From Anolis carolinensis (lineage: Eukaryota): a DNA stretch of 64,000 bases. The DNA is taken from the NCBI RefSeq assembly GCF_035594765.1, contig NC_085842.1, positions 16,406,782 through 16,470,781 on the forward strand, given 5' to 3'. Position 1 is the first letter of the stretch, and each line of letters opens with the position of its first letter. Positions 58,538-64,000 of the stretch are shown here, in pieces. A program made the translations under genes and the position numbers. The notes under the pieces were generated by a model. It was given only the letters and a program-made list of their open reading frames with translations. It made no database searches and had not been told where the DNA came from.

Positions 58538-61500
58538 TAATATAATAACTTTATTCTTGTATCCTGCCACCATCTCCTCAAAGGGACTTGGGGCGTCTTA
58601 CACAAGGACAAGCCCAACACAGCAACGTAATTTTACATAAAGTGATTTAAAACAGTAGTTTAACACAATACAGTAATAAAATATGCACATTAGATAAAAA
58701 TGTCTTTAAAAACTTAGCATCAATAGCACATATAACAGAGGGTGACTAGTGCAAGGACTCTAAGACGTAACACAATTATTAAGCTGACATTGATTGGCAT
58801 TAAACTATGGAAGCTTCTCAAAAGAGAGATGTCACTCCAGAGTCTCTCCAATGGCTTTCCTGAGGGACCAGCTCCATCAAGTCTCTCATCCCCTTCCCTG
58901 AAAAATAGATACTCTTCGGATTTTGAAATCTCATGCTCTTCTGGCTAATGAGCTAAATGCTCAACTTTTTGTATCCTGTTTGATTTTTGGATGCTCTGCT
59001 ATATTTTAGGATAGTTTTTCCCTAACAAAAAGGGTTATGGGCCCAGGCTGTGTACCTAGTTTAAGTGCCCAGATTGTATGTGTGCTGAAAGAAAGGGCTT
59101 GAATGAAAAATAGGAAGGCTAAAAAGAGCAGAGAGGCTTATTTCAAAGGGTTTGGGAGGTTTTGGGAGTGTTTGGATTTTTGGCGCATCTTTATTTTTGG
59201 AAGGATGCAAAGAATGGCAAGGAGACAAGAGTTCTTCCTGAGTCTAACTATTCAACTTGGAAGAAGAGACTGGAGCTACTTCTGGATTCAAAGTAAACCA
59301 AGGTCTGTCAACAAGATCCACCACAAGCTGATGACGATGACTTTGAAGTGGGGACAGAAATCGACAGATGGGTGAGAGCCTTAACTGCAAATTCCTTATC
59401 TAAGAAGGCTTTTGAATATGTTAAGAATGATGCAACAGCTAAAGCCGCACTTGCACTTCTGGAGAAAATCCACAGCAAAACTATATGTTGTATAACCCCT
59501 AATTCTTGTGTCTTAATGACTTTGTAGTGAAATGCACTCTGTTTTTCTGACTAAAGCTTTTAGACTTTTGAGATATTTCAGTTTCTGGACTAGAGTTAGC
59601 CTGTACATGACAAATACAGGAAGGCCAAAGAAGAGTTCTAAAACAATGCTTTTGCTCTTGTAAACTGATTTGAAAGGAAGAGAAAGGGGTCTTACCCAAA
59701 GATAACACCATCCTCAGATTCTCATCCATGACTTCTCCATGGAGGGCCCTTTGGCCTGGAGACAGCAGCGCCCACTCCTCCTCCGTGAAATCCACAGTCA
59801 CCTCTTCAAATGTCATCTGAATTAACAAGACATGACCCATGAATCGTGGTGTTGAAAGGTCTCTCAGGAGGCAAAGATTAGGCAGGAGTTCTGGTAAGAA
59901 TGGGACGGTCTTCAAAGGATATGAGCACCCAACCAACCCTCTTCTCAACCCAACAGGAATCCTTCCCCTCACCTGGTTTGGCCTTATAGGAACTGTTTGA
60001 GGTATATTCATATGAAGAGATGCTTTTGGCCATGTCCTTGTTGCACCTCCTGTAAGGAAAACGAGAAGGATCAAGGAATATTCTTTACTTCACTCTCTGT
60101 TTCTGATATAATATTTCCGTAACAGGCAGAGAGCAAAAAGCATTGATACACACATACACAAATAGGAAGGTAATAGCAGAATCAAAGTAACTGCCACATG
60201 GAAATTATTCTAATCTGAAGAAAAAAGAACACCAGACAGAACTAAATAGTTGCATTATATCTTAACAGTTTGAAGAGAAGTCTTAGAAATTTGGTTTAGA
60301 AGCAATCACGACAAAGAGTTCCTGTCAAGGGGTAAAGGAGACTGGACTTTTCTAAATCTGGTTGTAATGCCATAAATAATGTCCAGAGCTTAACTACTTT
60401 TCCTTTGAAAAGTAACATAGATTTCAATTTAGAACTGTGTACTATGAGATATAGTTACTAGGACTTTTCTGGTTTAGAATCATTAAGTGTTTCCATCTAG
60501 TACAATTTTCATTTCAATCCCCTCCCTTTTAGATAAAAGTATGAGAGAAAAGGGAAATTCTGAGGTCCGTGAATTCTTATTCAACTTAAACTGCTTCAAC
60601 CTTTCTATATTCTGCGGCAAATGCCATAGTATACACACACAGGGCCAGAGACATGAGAGATGGTAACACATTTGGCCTCTGGGCAATGTCTTTGTAGATG
60701 GCCAATTCTCTCACACCAGAAGCGACTTGCAGTACGTTCTCAATTTGCTTCTGACATGATGTTAAAAAAGCACCAGAGCCAAATGTTGATAGCTGGGCTG
60801 TGGCGCAGCTGATTAGTAGCCAGCTGCAATAAATCACTACTGAACGAAAGGTCATGAGTTCGAAGCCAGCCTGGGTTGGAATAAACTCCTGACCATTAAT
60901 AGTCTAGCTTGCTGTTGACCTATGCAGCCTGAAAGACAGTTGTATCTGTAGAGTAGGAAATTTAGGTACCGCTTTATGCAAGGAGGCTAATTTAACTAAT
61001 TTACGACACCATAAAACCTTCAAGCAGCGTGTGGAAGAATGAAGAAGTGCGCCATCAAGGACTCGGTGTTACAAGTGGACGGTGAAGCGGCAGCTCCCCC
61101 TGTGGCCAGAATTGAGCATACCCTCTGGGAAGAGCTAATAACGACTATGAACGTCTAAGGCTCCTTCAGGCAGGGGGAACCTTTTTATCCCACCGCTGCC
61201 ACCAATTTGTAAAAGACTAATAACTACTAAGGCTCTTTCAGGCAGGGAGAAATCTTTTTATCCCACCGCTGCCACCAATTTGTAAAGATGCAACCACCAA
61301 AGACGCAGGGAGACATTTACTTTTACTTTAAAGGATAGCGTAACTTAGTTTAGAATATATGCGACAGAGGCTTAGATGTTGGAAGAACAATAACAAGTTT
61401 ATTCAGGCACAGAGCTTAGTGGTTACAATGTTGTTTCTCACTTAGAGGTATTCTTATTAACAGTTACAATACTAGAATGAGATGAATCAAACTCTCTAAA

Positions 61501-63570
61501 GTATCACTTCTTTTACTTAAAGTAGTAAAAACCTATTCCTCTGCTCCTTTCTAACTGTTACTTCAATGGATCTCTGTGAGTCCAGCTGGGATTGGTTCCC
61601 AAAGTCTGAAACTTGGACTACCCAGTGACTTCAAACCACAGGCACCCCTGTGATATACTATCACAGATTCTCTGTGCCTTTCCAGGACACAGACTACATT
61701 AAATAAGTCACCAAACTTACTTAAAACTGACTCAAAATGAAAAATTGAGTCTCCTTGATCCCATCAACCTAGAATCAACCTTCCCTGTGCCTCATCAGAG
61801 CACAGACTGAGATTTGAACTTCTCTGGTTTCCCTAAACCTGGAACCAGTCTCTTCCCTGTGACTCTCCCGATCACAGACTGAACTCTCTTCAAAACATTC
61901 CCTCCTTTTTCATCCAGCTAGCTCTGCCCCTTTCTTGCTAGCTTCGAAATAGTTACATTTCTACAGAAGCAGCTACGTTTCTATGGCAACCTGCCTTAGA
62001 ATGCTGAGCTGGCTACCATCCCCCACACACTGCTAACTCTAATACTTGCCCTTTTAAAACATATACACACAATTAAACATTCATACTTCATTACACCCTC
62101 ATGAAGCCAGAAGCAGGAATGTTAAACTGCCTCTGTGTTTATCTATATATGTCATATGTCTAATGGCATTGAATGTTTGCCATATATATGTGCATTGTGA
62201 TCCGCCCTGAGGTCCCTTCGGAGTGAGAAGGGCAGAATATGAATACTGTAAATAAATAATAGCTATCCAGTAATGGAAAAGAATTAACTTGTATTTGTGG
62301 CCTTGTTTGATACATTTTTTGTATTCACTTGGCAGGAATCCTTACCCAACGAGGTGGATGCGCTGTTACCGTCTTGCATAGCCCACTCATTCTTCATCTC
62401 AACTGTCTCTTTGGCAAAAATGTTCTGTACCGAGGAAAAGGAAAGAAAAAAGAAAATTGGGAAAAAAGCCAAGTCTGGAAAACTACTTTGCATGGTTTCC
62501 AAAAAAAAAACAAAAAAAAAAACAGGAAGCAGTGGGGAGTTTCCATATACAGTAGAGTCTCACTTATCCAAGCCTCGCTTATCCAAGGTTCTGGATTATC
62601 CAATACATTTTTGTAGTCAATGTTTTCAATATATTATGATATTTTGGTGCTAAATTCGTAAATACAGTAATTACAACATAACATTACTGCGTATTGAACT
62701 ACTTTTTCTGTCAAATTTGTTGTAAGACATGATGTATTGGTGCTTAATTTGTAAAATCATAACCTAATTTGATGTTTAATAGGATTTTCCTTAATCCCTC
62801 CTTATTATCCAAGATATTCGCTTATCCAAGCTTCTGCCGGCCTGTTAAGCTTGGATAAGTGAGACTCTACTGTACCAATATACCTCAGTTAACGAAGCAG
62901 ATGTGTTTCTATGCAACATGGGAAGAGCCTGGGATGTGCTATTGGAACCACAATCCTCCTGAGCTCAAGGCCACTCCATGTGGGGCTGGAGGGGAGAGAC
63001 ATGGGACTAGTGCTGAGCCAAAGCAATGTGTCCTAGCCATAGACCATAGGAGGAAGGGGCTGGCTCCACCTGCATACTATTGTATGCATTCCAGAGTAAA
63101 GACTATGTTTTCGAATGCTACCACTCTGGATTGTCTTTGTATTTGGCTCAGAAACCAATGGAAGTGTTACTACTCACCTCCTGCTCTTTGAATTTCTTCT
63201 CTTCTTCGCAACTCAGGAGGAATCCTTCAGCCAAAGCCACAGCCTGGGAACTGGTCTCTGCCCCACATTCCCTCACCCAGCGCTCCATCTCCGCAGGAAG
63301 GACGGCCAGGAACTGCTCCAGGAGCACCAGGTCCAGCATCTCCGCCTTGGAGTGTCGCTCTGGCTTCAGCCACAGGCGGCAGAGAGAGTGGAGGCGGCTG
63401 CACACCTCTCGGGGTCCTGCAAACTCCTGGTAGCTGAACCACCCGAAGCCTTGTTGCGCGCCCAAATCCCACTCCTCATACCCCGGTTCCTTTTGCATGT
63501 CTCCTCCAAAGAATCCCTGAACAAGGCCAGGCCCTTCTCCCCACTCGGGGCTCACTGTGTGCACGGGCAT
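54237..63570 (-). CDS. Gene D: SCAN-KRAB-C2H2 ZNF (~876 aa); exons 63570-63178, 62424-62346, 60049-59973, 59816-59696, 56197-54237
   Basis: GT-AG junctions, 2631 nt open, 18 intact fingers + 1 degenerate internal finger. Confidence 0.88.
56296..58494 (+). mobile_element. R4/Dong LINE, 5'-truncated (post-RT region, CCHC, restriction-like endonuclease), interrupted by CR1
   Basis: [31 protein letters not shown]...HNTPDI...IIDVT|IPGD...EKL..YQDL. (TAA)n on both flanks. Confidence 0.9.
57449..58144 (+). mobile_element. CR1 LINE nested in R4
   Basis: ORF 57612-58058, ATTCTATG tail, CAT duplicated at both junctions. Confidence 0.92.
58549..58761 (-). mobile_element. L2-like 3' tail element; similar tails at about 3330-3430, 15870-16070, 26335-26560 (-), 33830-34025 and 43860-44065
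   Basis: TGTAAGCCGCCCCGAGTCCC...GGGAGATGG.GGCGGGGTATAAGAATAAA followed by (TTA)n. Confidence 0.6.
58935..59485 (+). mobile_element. Ty1/Copia relic: LTR end, PBS and gag fragment
   Basis: ...CCTAACA, then GGTTATGGGCCCAG (59033-59046), then [17 protein letters not shown] and [32 protein letters not shown]. Confidence 0.7.
59696..59816 (-). CDS. Gene D KRAB-A exon
   Basis: [41 protein letters not shown]. Confidence 0.9.
61126..62095 (-). mobile_element. LTR-like element (970 bp) with a tandemly duplicated tRNA-Leu PBS
   Basis: TG...CA ends, 5-bp TSD CCCTC, splits a SINE, minus-strand AATAAA near 61400, TGGTGGCAGCGGTGGGAT present twice. Confidence 0.75.
63178..63570 (-). CDS. Gene D SCAN exon
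   Basis: [46 protein letters not shown]...AVALAEGF. Confidence 0.9.
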
Positions 63571-63867
63571 CTCAGCCTGTAACCTGTTCCCACATTGACT
63601 GCTAAGCTCTCAATCACCTCCCTCTCTTCCTCTCTCATCCCTGCCTGGGCCTTTCCCCTTCACCCCACCATTGAACACTCCCACTTCCCCACCTTCTTCC
63701 TCTTCCTCCTCTCACTGAGTGGGGGGCAGGCTGTTACCCAGCTGTCACTCTTGCCCATGGTCCCACCCCTTCCTACTATAGTTATGCTCCTTCCTAGAGC
63801 AGAGCGGGAGGCAGCCACAGGGACCTCAGAGGGACTGTATTGAAAACTTTGGCGCCCGCTAGAGGAC

Positions 63868-64000
63868 TAAGTAGCCACAGTAAGAACAGATCACGGAACA
63901 ACAGACTGGTTCAAGATTGGGAAAGGAGTGCGGCTGGGCTGCATACTTTCACCCTCCCTATTCAACTTCACATCATGCGACATGTGGGGCTTGACGAATC
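63868..64000 (+). mobile_element. BovB RT fragment (runs off the window end)
   Basis: VRTDHGTTDWFKIGKGVR.GCILSP.LFN. Confidence 0.75.

Noticed and set aside
61187-61277. tRNA-Leu genes
   Set aside because: Only the 3' 18 nt including CCA are present, in PBS context. SINE heads elsewhere likewise do not form full cloverleaves.

Overview
Eukaryotic (vertebrate) DNA, most likely a squamate reptile such as an Anolis lizard; this is inferred from the Sauria SINE, CR1, BovB, R4 and Penelope repeat content. The window is a SCAN-KRAB-C2H2 zinc-finger gene cluster. Gene A lies on + (CDS 7103-14006, about 807 aa, 13 fingers in a strict alternating two-finger pattern). Genes B, C and D are tandem paralogues on - (29884-38144, 44909-49499, 54237-63570) with identical internal exon sizes but different finger arrays. 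Between A and B sits a full-length, apparently intact chromodomain Ty3/Gypsy retrotransposon (16807-22488). It has 328-bp LTRs that look identical, a GGCCA TSD, and gag and pol joined by a GGGAAAC slippery site plus pseudoknot (-1 frameshift). It has no tRNA PBS; instead an 11-nt segment is complementary to its own predicted 5' end (Tf1-type self-priming). The rest is dense, nested transposon debris: Penelope-like inverted repeats carrying minimal hammerhead ribozyme motifs, R4/Dong LINEs inserted in (TAA)n, CR1, L2, RTE/BovB, SINEs, Tc1/mariner and hAT MITEs, a Helitron, solo LTRs (one with a tandem tRNA-Leu PBS) and a Copia relic. No rRNA, tRNA gene or CRISPR array was found. Gene models, alignments and RNA folds were worked out by eye, and repeat family names are from recall, not database searches.
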